DNA of 64,000 nt, taken from assembly GCA_013239625.1 (NCBI GenBank), contig MU055770.1, forward strand, positions 5,393,976 to 5,457,975, in the 5' to 3' direction. Below the pieces are notes generated by a model that was not told where the DNA came from, made no database searches, and worked only from the letters and a program-made list of their open reading frames with translations. Each line of letters begins with the position of its first letter. Position 1 is the first letter of the stretch. Made by a program: the position numbers and the translations under genes. The stretch is from Lama guanicoe. Lineage: Eukaryota. Below, piece after piece: positions 12,226 to 24,600 of this stretch.

Positions 12226-15200
12226 TCTCCTAGGTCACCAGAGAACCGGGGCTGGAAGGGGGATATTGGCTCAACTCAAGCACTGGGCAGCCGTTGTAGG
12301 TTTTAAAGATGAACAGGACCCAGCGGCTAACCTCAAAACCCTCGCAGCCTGGTGGAAGAGCAAGACAAACAAGTGTTCACGCCGGACTCTCATCCTTTCT
12401 AATCCCACGCCCCAGCTCATATCCATTTCACCTGCCCTTCTAATGCTCTCCCAAACAAAACAAAACAAAAAACGACATTACATCTTATTCCCTTCAGCTT
12501 CTCTTCCCTTCCTTTTGATCCCAGTCTTACTCCCACTCATTTATCTCCAACCAAAAGCCAGAGAAAGAACGCCCATGAAAAAATCCTTTCATTCTTTCAA
12601 TAAAATAGAAGTCCCTTCCAAAATTTCACCGTGGCAGGAAAGAAATAATCTAGAATTACGAGAAAGACAGGAAACAGGGAAACTGATACACTGGAAGAAA
12701 TCGGGGTCAAGGATGATGCCACCAAGCACTGGTTATAGGACTGTTTAAGTGAATGGCAGCGGGCAGGCGGAATTAAATTTCCACAGGTCATCATAACCTC
12801 CATTTTGCTGCAGTATTTTCCATCACAGTTCTATCAGGGAGAAATCAGATGTGGAAACTATCTCTTACTTCACAGCCTGTTCACTTTTTAGCTTCATCAG
12901 TAAGGAAGTGTTCTGCACTATACTCTCCTTAATATGAACCTTGAAATTTTTTCCTTTCTGTCCTGTTTTCAGTTTTCTTTTTCCAAAATTCATCCTACTT
13001 CCAAGGTTTGCAGTGATTAGATGAGGAAACAAAGGAGAGGAATTGCAGAGTTTCAGATATCTGCCATGAGATTTTTCTCTCACTGATAAAACCCTGGCTA
13101 AAAAGATTGCCCTTTATGTTCCAAGAATATCAAAGCATGTCAACATCTAGCTTGAATGGATGAAGTTATCTGACGACACTGGGAAATGATAGCAGACAGC
13201 GCTTACTGGGAGGCAGTGATATGAGTGGAGTTTTTGCAAGGCATCTTGCAAGCCCAGGGGTGGACATCCAAACACCAGTTAGCCCTGGAAGAACCATCTG
13301 CAAAATAGCATTAAGGACACAGTGTTCCTTCAAGCACTGGATTACATAATTATTTCTCTATCTTGTTTATCTATTTCAAGGATGAAGTAATCTAGAAGCA
13401 CAAAATTATGGAAGTCTATTCCAACTCATGCTTAGAAAGAGAATGAAGTGATTTGTTCAAAAGTCACACAGGCCTTGTGTGGCAGCATCACAACTAAATT
13501 GAGTTCTTCTGGCTCCCAATTTGATTCCCACTGAACCAGGCTTTGCTGATTCAATCACTCCCACTTTTTGCATTCTCACCTCTACTTTGGTCATTCTCAA
13601 CAATCTCTTCTTTGACTATTGGGGGAAAACCAAAATAACACTAAACCAACAGAGTTAAACCAATCTTGTTTGAAATAACATGGTGTGTGTTTACTCCGTG
13701 GCATCACAGGCCAGCTTTTAATGGAGGCACTCCATGTGTGTTGTTTTATTTAATTCATCCAATAGTCCTGTCACTCAAGTTTTATAATCCCTAATTGTGT
13801 CACTGAGAAATGTGAGGCTCTGGAACTCAAGTGACCTGTTGAATGTCACATAATAATATTCCATGGTATATATATCACACTTTCCTTATCCATCTATCTG
13901 TTGCTGGACACTTAGGTCGTTTCCAAAAATCATATCCCTCAGCCAGAAGGGTTATTGACTTTCTACAGGATCTTTCTTCAGAATCCAGTCTTAAATGGTG
14001 ATTGTTTTTCTGAGGAATTACCAAAAATATGGAGGGAATACCATGATGGAGTAGAGACAGGGGACCATCACTCCAATTTTTTTCTTTTTTGTTTTGTTTG
14101 AGGAAACAATAAAAGAGCAGGTGGAAAAGACACAGGCTGGAATACAGAAGGAGTTTGGTAGATTTGATTTGTTCAGCTACCAGACTTTCTTCTACTCAGT
14201 CAATTATCTAAAGGTAAAATCACTTTAAGAATGATTTAAATTCCCATTTCAATGAGGTACCTTTGGATTAGATATAAGGTCCATCCAGATATCCACCTCT
14301 GACTGAAGGAGTTCGGGGAAGACCATGTTGGCATTTCGCATGTCAACTTTAAGAGCTGCTAACTATTTTTAAAGTCTCAATAATTAATGATATCATTGCT
14401 ATGCTTACTTCTCTTGAATCGTTTACTGTTGTTTAAAGCTATTGTCCTATCTTCCCTAGAACTACTTCAAGTTCTTGTGCACTGTGACCTGGTGAACAAA
14501 GCTATCATCCTCTCCCTTCCCTTCGCATCTTTACAAACATTTAACATACTCCTGCTCTGCTTCCATCTTGCTCTTCAACCTTTTCATATCCCATTTTACC
14601 CATCTTCAAGCCTCCACCAATATCTCCCTTCAGTTCCTACAAGTTACTTGGCTCCATTTCTTGCTGTTGTAAATTTCCTGACTACAAGAAGAAATATTTT
14701 TATGTTGGTGAGTTGGGATAATGAAAGGAGAATACAAGGATGTGGCAGAGAGGGATGACAGTAGAACAGATCGGAAAGAGCCCCCTCCCTTCCAGCTAAG
14801 GCGGTGGTACCACCGGAGAAATTCCCCAGACTTTAACTTCACGCTTCTCACAGATGAAGCAGCCAGAGTCTGATGAGTAAATGGCCAGCCTTTCCCAACT
14901 TCATCTACAGCCAAGATAGGAGACACAGAACCTGGTCTTTGTTTTGCTTTGAGTTGAAGGAGCATCTTATAAATTTAGCCTGCATTTCCAGTTTTGCTTG
15001 GGGTCTAAATAACTGTATCAATTGGCTTAGTAGACACCGCAGAGCCTGTATTCCTATACCAAACCTGGTCACAGTCAGCAAACACGAGTGTTCACAGACT
15101 AGGGTAAGGCTTGGTGATTCCTGAAGTGAGCTAAAAGGTTTGAGAAAGCAGCATATTTGAGTTGGAGCTAGTTTGGATAGAAAACTTGGTGAGTAGAGTA

Positions 15201-15479
15201 TCAAATAGAGAAATGAGGGACTTGGATTCCAGTACCAGATTCATCCCTTTCTTTGATTTTATAAGTCATTGAACTCTCTGGGATTAAATAGCAACATGCA
15301 TATTCTTAATTCTTACTGTCCTATTTCAAAGAAAATTGAAGAAATTACTGTTAAATATGTGTATCTTTTTGTATAATTTTATCTTTAGCTCTGAAACGGA
15401 GGACTCAAGGATCCCTGCAGGCACAATCACAAAATTATTTAAGCAGGTGTCAGAACATTAGGGAATATTATGTGATTGT

Positions 15480-15730
15480 ATCAGTGGTTCAAATCATATT
15501 CTCCAAAATCAGACAGCCCTGTGTTTGAATCCCATCTTTGTCACTTAGTTGCTGTGTGACCTTGGATTAAATATGTAACCTCTTTGAGCCTTAATTTACT
15601 CATACATAACATGTGAATAATCATACTCAGCTTGTAGGGTTATTGTGAGAAGTAAAGAACACAAGGAATAAAAAGTAATTATCATAGTACCTACTGTGTA
15701 GCAAAGACTTGATGTGTGATAGTATTGCTT
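15480..15730 (+). mobile_element. MIR SINE
   Basis: tttgaatccc...gctgtgtgaccttgg...aacctctttgagcc...agggttattgtgag. Confidence 0.82.
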
Positions 15731-16872
15731 AATAGTATAATTTTATTTGATATCTTCTCTTATATTAAAAAATTGAAGCTTTTTAATAGAAAAGTATAGA
15801 GGAAATCATCCATAAAGGAAAAATAGAAAAATTAAAGTTGTTCCCAACCAGAAGTTCTATTTATTTAACATCCAGACTTCACCTTTCCCCAGAAGTTTGT
15901 GTCCAGGCTTCCCTACTTGTTCCTGCCATACTTGAGTTTGACAAACACTGATTTTCACTTAGTTCAGCTAAGACAAATTAAGAAAAGGAATGAGGGATTG
16001 GATGCATGGGAAACTATGCCCATTAATAAATCTGAGATGTAGAACCCATTCAAGGGACTTCCCTTAAAAGCACAGAACTAAGAGGTTGGCACTGTCCCGT
16101 GATATTGGCTAGATTTCTCTCAATTCATTGCCCTTTGATGTCCTAGAAAACGATTTCTGTTTTTATTTTTAGGAGTGCTGCTTCCTAACCCTTCTCTTCT
16201 TTGCCTTTTTCCTTTACTGGCAAGAATAAGGGTTTTAGTGCTGCCAGTAAAATAATAATATGAACTCATAAAACCAACATTCTGTGTTTAATGCTGAATC
16301 TCATGGAGCAGAAAAAAAAATCTGACTGGAGCCAAGAAAATTTCTCAAAAAGACAAAATGTCTAGCAGTCTGAAAAAGAGAAAAGATAAGAAAGGACAGA
16401 GAAAGGAAGATGTAGGATTGGTGGGGAACTATAGTAACTTTATTACTACTGAACCATTAATTTAGTCACAGAAATACTGCAGAAAAGGGATAACTCTTTT
16501 GGTGGATGCTCTAGCACATGATTTTCTGAGAAGCTTCTTCCCACAGTAATTCCTGGCAGCTCTACCAACCTTCTCCCTCCTCCATTCTCTCCCTGAATTC
16601 TGATCTTGTCATCAGTGTTTTATGCAATATTCTGCAAACAGATATTCCCGGGTGCCCTCCAAAAGGTCGGTCCAATGAAGAAGCATATCACTTGGTCTTC
16701 TCTGGAGTCAATTGGTTGCCTAAAAAAATGTTTTAAAGAAGAAGAGCCACTGATTAAATTTGTGATTTAAGAACACACTCTATGCATGAGAGTAGGGTCC
16801 ATATCTGCATTTTTCCTGACTAAATTTCCAGCTTAAGAGTTGGCACATAGTAGATGATCAATACATTTGTAA

Positions 16873-16918
16873 GATGGATGGATGGATGGATTGATGGATG
16901 GATGGATGGATGGATGGA
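16873..16918. repeat. (GATG)n microsatellite, L2-tail-like
   Basis: About 11 units with one interruption, after ggcacatagtag...caatacattt. Confidence 0.9.
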
Positions 16919-19914
16919 AGAATGACTAAAACCATGAGGCGGCTTTTGGCTCTGGAAGGCATGGCTTTGCTTCTCTTTTCCTCCTGAGGGCAGGTGCCAC
17001 AAGAGACCTTGTGCTGCTCTATGGCTTCTATTGCCTGGGTTATACCACACTGTCAATCTAGCATGAGGAAATTCCTGTGCAATCTGAAAAAACTGCCAAT
17101 CATACCACTGTCTCTCTCATATCTTTGTTGTCACTTCTGGGAGTGTCTTCAAATATTCTCTTCGCTAATGAATACTTCTCTTTAGTTAGGGGGAAATATC
17201 TACATGAATTTTCTCATAATGACCTAAAATTCAAATATAAGTTCAAGTTTCATGTGATCTAATCTTTATAAGATGTCCAAATTAAGAAAATACAAACTAG
17301 CAGACAACATGAGTTGAAAAAATTTCAACATTTTTGAGAAATTCTCAGTTTTGCAATCTCAAGCAATACTAATTGTAACCAAAGCAATTCTTACTTTGTC
17401 TTTTCCCATGTCTCATTTTCAACATCTCATGTCTCACAGCTGCCTCCAAGCTTTTCTCTCTACAAACTCAGTCTCAGCCTAAAACTCCCCCATCCAACAA
17501 ACCAAGTCCACAAACCTCTTCTCATTTCTCTCCCTCCACTTTTTTTCTACCTCTACTTTTTTCTCTCTCCCTTCTCTCTGATGAGTCAATCTTGGTCTTT
17601 TGAATTAGTCCAAATCCTCTCCAAAAATACACATGGCTGGAGTTGGCACATACAAAATTGTCAAAAACCAGGAGTGATATGGGAGGAGAGAAAAAGAAGA
17701 GCTCTGAATTCTCACGCATGTTAATAATCTTTAGGAATCATCTATAAATGGGATTGAGCCTAGGAGAATCCAGGAATAGATGGAAACAGTGGAAAAGTGA
17801 GTGACTTGTGAGAGACAGTTTCCAACAGAAAGTGTTAGCCTTACAAAAAGCAAGACAACAAAGAGTGATGCTTAAAAGTTTAGGAAACCCAGCAGGAGCA
17901 CTGTTTAAAACGAGAGAAAGGTGAAGCTTAAGTCGGAAAGAGAAGTGTTAAGATTTTCAAGTTTGCATTTAGAGAATGTAAACATAAACAATTGTGATAT
18001 CAGAAGGCTGACAGCACAGTTGCCATCTGACCTTGGGAGAAGAGGGGACTTCTGGAACCGGCCGGAAAAGACCGAGCTAAAGTACTGGAGAAGAGAGAAG
18101 CCTCTTTAATTCAGGAGATGGGGTTCGGGTGGGAGGTGACTAGCCTACTCATTTTAGGGTGAAACACTGGAACTAAACTTGTTTCAAATCATAATGACTG
18201 GGGGTTAGTGACTAGGTTGAGTACACTTAGATGCTGTAGGAACCACCCGTAACTAACTTGTTCCCCTCAAACCATGCCACGTAGTAAACTGGCTTTTTCA
18301 AATATAATGATTTGGATGATTTATCCTGAAAAAGGCCACAGAAGCCAACACTGAGATCCAGTTTGTGACTTAAAGAGGGAGATAACCACCAATCTTGTGA
18401 GTAGAAATTGGGATGGTTGAATTTATCAGGGATGAGCATACGTTATCCTGTTTCTAAGGTCTTCTTTAAGATTGCATCCCAAAGTATATATCTTTTAATA
18501 CGAAAAAATCTGGAGAGATAAACCTAAATTTTATTGGTCCCTCACAACTCAGTAATCCTTGGGATTATGACTGAGCTATTTCCTTTAACAGGAAACCCTT
18601 TAGTGTTTATAAAAACCCTTCACAGGGTCGGGCTTGGGAGGGAAAGTCCATCCCAATAAGACAAAAAGGAATGAGGCAGGAGTTGTTCCATCTAGTTGTT
18701 CATCACAGCTCCTTGAAATGAAGCGTTATTGACAGTATTCCCACCCACCTCCAACCCAGCCCTTTGGCTGTTCCAGCCCAAGTTAGAGGTCCTGCAACTT
18801 GAGCTCTCCTACAATTTGCTGCTCCGTGACACAAATCTTTGTCTGTGAAGGAAGCTCTTGGGTACCCAGGCAACAGACCCATCTGATGGAAAAGGTTTTC
18901 TGATTGTCCAAGAGGTTTTTAAAAAGAGCTCAGCCTGCAAGTTTACCAGAGGCACCAAATTGCGATCTTCCTCCTATAAGAAAAGAAACAGCACTTCTGG
19001 TACTGATGATGTGGAGGTGGGTGCTTGTGAAAATCTGTATTGGAGGATACACAACAGCTAAAAAGCAAAGTGAACAGTAAGCAGTTCTTACTTACCTCCT
19101 TAGGGACACGTCTTTTTGTCTACCTTCCCCACAGCACCCAGCATGATCCCTTGCTTCTCATCTGCCACTCACTAAAAGCATATTGAATTAGTTCATTATC
19201 AAGACAATGCCTTCAGAAAAAGTAAGATGGAGCGCTCTTACTCTTGCTGCACTTTAGATCAGTGATACCCAAGCCTGAGAAAGCATTAGGGCGCAGGTTT
19301 GGACTCAAGTCACAAAACCGGATGGGCAAGTTGCTAGGGAGCCAATTGATGAAACAGAACTCAAGGAGTCACTGGCCATCTCTGTCCTGCCGGGTACTTG
19401 GAAAAATGCAAAAGGGGTATGTCACCAGCAGGACACCTAACTGGTCTATGACTGATTAATTCAGCCCTACTGGGAAAATAATTCTAAATTAGAAACAGCA
19501 TAGAAAGTGAAGTCCTTTCTGCCTCAGAACCCCTGGTCCATCCATCAGGGGAGTGAACAGAACACTGTGGCTCTGTCTATGGACCAAACCTGAAAGACCC
19601 AAAGTCAGGGCCAGGAAGGCAGACCAGAGGAGGAATTAGAAAGGCAAACACGTGTTTGCGGCAACTCCCTTCTCCGTGGACTTTTGCCCAGGTCTGGCCA
19701 AAACACAAGGTGGCCACAACCTCTGTACCAGGGTAGCATCCTGTCGGAGCACAGTCAGGTCCAGGAGTGAGGGAAAACTGCTCACCCGGAGCAGATAATA
19801 TCTGGAAGGAATGAATATTTGGGAAAAGTCCCAGTGCTAGTCGAGTGCCAACTAGTCCCCACCTTCTCGGGCCCCCCTCCCACTGGTTCCTCCCCTTTCA
19901 GCTGCTCTGATTCT

Positions 19915-19922
19915 TATAAAAA
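19915..19922 (+). promoter_or_regulatory. MGP TATA box
   Basis: TATAAAAA about 100 nt upstream of the MGP ATG. Confidence 0.88.
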
Positions 19923-20017
19923 CTCCACAGCCTTTCTCCAACAGCCTGTAGGAGCCTCTCTCTCTCCACTGCTGCTGCACGAGACGGTGAGAGCGACCCA
20001 CGGGACCCGGAGAGACC

Positions 20018-20078
20018 ATGAAGAGCCTGCTCCTTCTCTCCATCCTGGCCGCCTTGGCCGTGGCAGCTCTGTGTTATG
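20018..20078 (+). CDS. MGP: Matrix Gla protein exon 1 (signal peptide)
   Basis: accATG AAG AGC... encodes MKSLLLLSILAALAVAALCY+G; donor G|gtgaga at 20079; 61 nt. Confidence 0.98.
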
Positions 20079-20902
20079 GTGAGAACTTTCTCCTGCCATT
20101 TCTATGTTTTTTCCTTTTCTGCCTCTGACTTCAGTTTACTTGGATTTGTCCTCTCCCTCCTCCTCTGCTTCCCTCTTTCTCTATTATAATCTTAAGAGTA
20201 TCATTCTTTTAACATTTCCCAAGCCCTTTGGACACTGACCTGTTCCATCAAGTCTCTTTAATACCTTCAATATGCGGACTCCCATAGGTAACCTAACAGG
20301 TAAGTTCTTTCTATGGGATGTCACTCTACCCCTGGAAACTGCTGTTATAGAAAGAAGATATTAACTTCCCAGCCCTTGAGCTCTTGTTTTTTAAGGATGT
20401 TTATTTAGACTTTAGTAACAGCTGGTTAAGGGTATTGGTTGAATCACTCAGCTTTAAGAAAATCAGTTTTCACATGAAGTGTTAAGTGTAGTCCTCTTTA
20501 GAAACAGGACAATCTCACAAACTTACGACATTTCTTTAATGAATGAATTTAACGAATGAATTTAAAAATAAAATTTTACATTTAAAGAACCTCAGAGAAA
20601 AATCAATTTCATACTTTCTCTTGTTAAAAGATAAACTTTGCCTGCTTTCTCTATATTAAAAATACCTATGTCTGTTCAAAGGTTATGAAAGGAAATCTGA
20701 TGCATTCAGTCTTATGCTTCAACTATGTGGACATTCTAGGTGTTCTTGAGCCATCTGTCTGTTGAAATTCTTACTCTTGAAATTACTCAAATTTTCTGTA
20801 TCAGAGACTTTGTTTTCTTCACCTCCTTTATTAACTTTTCAAGCATGTTCACTTGCTTACAAACATGAGCTGGTCATGACCAGATTTACCTGCCACGCTC
20901 AG

Positions 20903-20977
20903 GAGAACAGTAGAAAAAAGAAAACTTCTGCTTTGGCATCATCACAATTCCTTCTCTGAACTGGCATGGTGCCCAGG
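20903..20977 (+). other. MGP: Orthologue of the human MGP 75-nt cassette exon, with in-frame TAG
   Basis: ctcag|GAGAACAGTAG...GCCCAGG|gtgaga; phase-1 translation GEQ*KKENFCFGIITIPSLNWHGAQ resembles the recalled human long-isoform insert GEWQKEENFGFDIVSVLSLNWHRAQ. Confidence 0.75.
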
Positions 20978-21491
20978 GTGAGATGTCAGCTGGAGCCAGC
21001 GGTTTCTGTGGCTGTCAATTTAACACAGGTTCTTAAGAGGCTTCCAGAACCTCTTAGAAACCTGTCTTGGTAAAGCACAGCCGAGCCGTCTGCCCAGCCT
21101 GTCTTGGAGAAACTTGCCTGTTGTCTAGATCCTTCGTCCCCTCCTTGAGCCTGCTCTCAGACAGGTCCCAAATTAATCAAGGAAGGCTCTCTGGAGACTT
21201 GTGTGCAGCGCTTAAACTGTCTTATTTCACAAGCCTAAAGAACTTCATAGCCCTTGGGAAATTTAAACTAAGACCCTGTCCACCAGCTCCTCCAACACCG
21301 GAAAAACTAAAGTGTAGAGATACCCCAGCAAGGACAGAGCTAGAAAAACAACTCACAAATCCTAAATGCCTGAAGTTTGTAACAACCACACAGCTAAATT
21401 TACTCTTCCCTCCCTCCCCTACTTCCCCTATATTTAGACTATTGTGGTATGCGAAAAGTAACAATAAATGAATCCTTTTTTTAAATTCCAG

Positions 21492-21524
21492 AATCTTATG
21501 AAAGCTTGGAATCCTATGAGATCG
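21492..21524 (+). CDS. MGP: MGP exon 2 (phosphoserine SxE repeats)
   Basis: ttccag|AATCTTATG...GAGATCG|gtaagt; 33 nt; ESYESLESYEI. Confidence 0.97.
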
Positions 21525-22467
21525 GTAAGTGAATACTTGACTTCTTTATTTAAATCTCATGCATTAAAGAGGCTCTCCCAATTCTTAAATAGACAGAATG
21601 GTAGTACTTATAACTACCATTATATGTAGGGAGAGAAAAGAGGGTCTCTTTTGAAAAACTAAAGTAAATTGAAAAAAATCTAATGACTATAACAATGGTC
21701 AAAGGAGATATTTTTAAGCTTAAAGTAGTGTAAGATGGTATTTAAACTGCTTTCAACATACTTGGGAGCCATAAAATCTCATTTGGAAATTTTAAGTTAG
21801 CACCACATCAACCACACAAATGGAAAATGAGGAGTAATGACAAATGACAAAGTACGGAATTGGAGGCCGAGTGGGAGACCACAGGCGTCAGCATTATGTT
21901 GGATGCTACTGCATATCTGCACTTACAAAGACTGAGCATGGGGAGAAATAACATACCACTCTCATCTTTAATGTTCATGATTTTTATGATGCTTAAGCTG
22001 TTCATTTACTGGAGATCTAAACTGTACTTCACAAGTCCTTAGGACAGAGAGAATTCCTCCCCACAGGAATGATAAACACACTTGGGTAGGAATACCAAAA
22101 TCAAGAAAGGCAACACTGGAATTTGACACAACACTGTAAAATGAACAACTCAATAAAAAAAAGTTAAAAAAAAAAGAAGAAAAGAAAAGAAAGGCAAAGT
22201 GATCGCCCAAAAGCAAAATCAACAAGTCCAAACTACCATGGCCCCTGTAACAAATCTCTGAGATCCACGTGTGGGTTGTCCATTTCTTTCGATCGGGCAG
22301 TCTATGAAATCTGCTTTAGCTCCCTCTTCAATTTTTGCAGATCTCTAGTTACATGAAATGCATGAATGTATGAACCTTCAACTATTTTTGTGTTCGGGAA
22401 TATTCATGGAAGTACTTTTGATGACTCTTTCTCTAAAACTGCACTTTTATTTACTTTCTGTTTCAAG

Positions 22468-22543
22468 GTCCCTTCATTAACAGGAGGAACGCTAATACCT
22501 TCATATCCCCACAGCAGAGATGGAGAGCGAAAGTCCAAGAGAG
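22468..22543 (+). CDS. MGP: MGP exon 3 (gamma-carboxylase recognition region)
   Basis: tttcaag|GTCCC...GAGAG|gtgagt; 76 nt; (G)[25 protein letters not shown]. Confidence 0.98.
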
Positions 22544-22954
22544 GTGAGTGACAAAACTGGACAGAGGAGGTCATTTTTCCCAGTGAAGTGAGAATCAGGC
22601 TTTTTTTTTTTCCCATCTTATGTGTTATTTCTAACTGTATACCAAAATCAAAGAATTTTAAAACAAAGTACAGAAGACCACTGAATTTCTAGAAGACTAT
22701 TTTGTAAAAGGCCCAGAAAGAGAGGGAGGGAGAAGGGGAAGGGGACAGAAAAAAATTCCATTTTCATTAAAAAAAAAAAAATTCCCCGACATCCACCTTT
22801 CCTTCCTGTTTTTCAAATCAGATTGGGGGATGAATGGGATCTCTAGATGATATTTTTGTATTCTTTCTTTTTTTTGTATTTTCCTTTTTCTTATTTCTCC
22901 ACTTTCTTTATGCTTCTCAATTTGAGCCTTTTTTTCTTTTCCCCCACTTTCCAG

Positions 22955-23096
22955 AATCCGAGAACGCAGCAAGCCTACTTATGAGCTCAACCGGGAAGCC
23001 TGTGATGACTACAGACTTTGCGAACGCTACGCCATGGTCTATGGGTACAACGCTGCCTACAACCGCTATTTCCAGCAGCGCCCAGGGGGCAAATGA
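22955..23096 (+). CDS. MGP: MGP exon 4 (Gla domain, Cys73-Cys79) to stop codon
   Basis: ttccag|A ATC CGA...AAA TGA; [46 protein letters not shown]. Exons sum to 61+33+76+142=312 nt, 103 aa, the canonical MGP length. Confidence 0.98.
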
Positions 23097-23305
23097 GATG
23101 GGGGAAAGTCCCTTTCCAGAGCGTGGTGCCTGGTTTTGTATTCCTTCGCAATAGCATCACTGAACTATATAGACATATACAAATTGCTTGTTTATTCAGT
23201 GTTCTTGTCTGGCTGCACCCCTCTTTACTGCCCCCAGATGGATAAGTAATGAAAAGTGCAGTGAAGTGAATGTCGAAGGGGAGTAAAGTTGTGTGATTAT
23301 TACAT

Positions 23306-23311
23306 AATAAA
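23306..23311 (+). terminator. MGP polyadenylation signal
   Basis: AATAAA 210 nt after the stop codon, followed by T-rich sequence. Confidence 0.85.
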
Positions 23312-23882
23312 CTTCTAGTTGGATACTTTCATTTTTTGAATCTAATTTATTCTGCGAAAATGCTGAGGTATTTCAATCATGGCCCACCTAGCCCAGAATA
23401 GGAAATTCTGCTAATCATGTTCTAATGTTGATTAGAAGCCTAAGTGCATAAGAAGAACAAAATTTAGAAGACACCCACCTAGCCATAATTTGTCTTTTCT
23501 CTCTCTACCTTGGAATCAGTAAAAGATTCCTTCCTCGTATGTGTTCTCCAGAATTTTCAAATGTTATAGGTGGTGGTTAGGAACAGAGCCCAGGGCTTCC
23601 CAATCCCAATTCAGACCTTGTTCTTCTCCGCTGGGAGAATGGGTGCATGCCCACCTCTACAGTCATTCCTTCTGGTAGGCCCACTGCTTTATCTCTTTGG
23701 TGCAGTATCTTTCTACTCCTTCAAAATCTGGCTCAAGATTCAGATACTTTATGAAATCACTGATGGTTAAATCCATCCAGTTCCCATTCACACTACTCAG
23801 GCCAGTATCCAGACCTTCAAGAATGTATGTCAAGAGTCATGTGCAATCATATTATTAAAGCCGTTTTGACTAAAGTTTACAT

Positions 23883-23906
23883 ACACACACACACACACAC
23901 ACACAC
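23883..23906. repeat. (AC)n microsatellite 3' of MGP
   Basis: Read directly. Confidence 0.9.
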
Positions 23907-24489
23907 TCACATTTGCTTGTCTAACATTACAATAAATTCTTTGAGGGCAGGCACCACCATAATGGCAATTTCTTTTTTCTCTGTAACTTTGGCACTATGT
24001 TCTGTTCACAAAGGGTATTCAATGAAAGCTGAGAAAACAGGCTGATTAGTCATGCATGGGAGTGATCAGCCAATTCTGAAACTGTTAGATTCATCATAAT
24101 AATGTATGGTGTATAATTTAAACCATCATCATATTAATATAATGCTGAGTGTTTTATAATTTTCTAAGCTCTTTTGCATGCAATAACTCATTAGATCTTG
24201 GAACAATGCAGAAGATTGGTAATATTTATTAGATGGTAAAGTTGAAAATCAGAGAGTTAATTTTCTGAAGATACTGTAGTAAATGCAGTGGTTTGCCCCT
24301 CAGACTGAGATGTTATTCATGTGGCCACCAGATATATTGGCAGCAATTAGGAAGGGCATAAGGTTCTGCCTGGGTTCCATTTTCTGTCCCATGGCCTGAA
24401 AACTCTCCAAGAGGTCAGGGCAATTATAGAGCCCACCTTATTTGTTTCCCATCTCTTACGCATCAATGTCAAGTAATCGAAAAGAAAGA

Positions 24490-24600
24490 AAAAATAGAGG
24501 GAAAGGGGAGCCAAAAAACAAAAGGGACAAGTTGAAAACAAATGGCAAGATGATAGATTTAAATCTATCTCAATGATCTCATTTTGTGTAGAGTCTAAAC
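24490..24600 (+). mobile_element. L1 fragment at the ORF2 start, opposite orientation to the adjacent piece
   Basis: aaacaaatggcaagatgatagatttaaatc...agtctaaac resembles the L1M ORF2 start region. Confidence 0.55.

Noticed and set aside
12266-12748. 160-aa ORF
   Set aside because: Non-ATG start, low-complexity stretches, no recognisable domain or exon structure.
17582-17588. Isolated AP-1 (TGAGTCA) and ARE-like (GCTGAGTCA at 37741 and 41508) motifs
   Set aside because: Short motifs occurring near chance frequency in 64 kb, with no supporting context.
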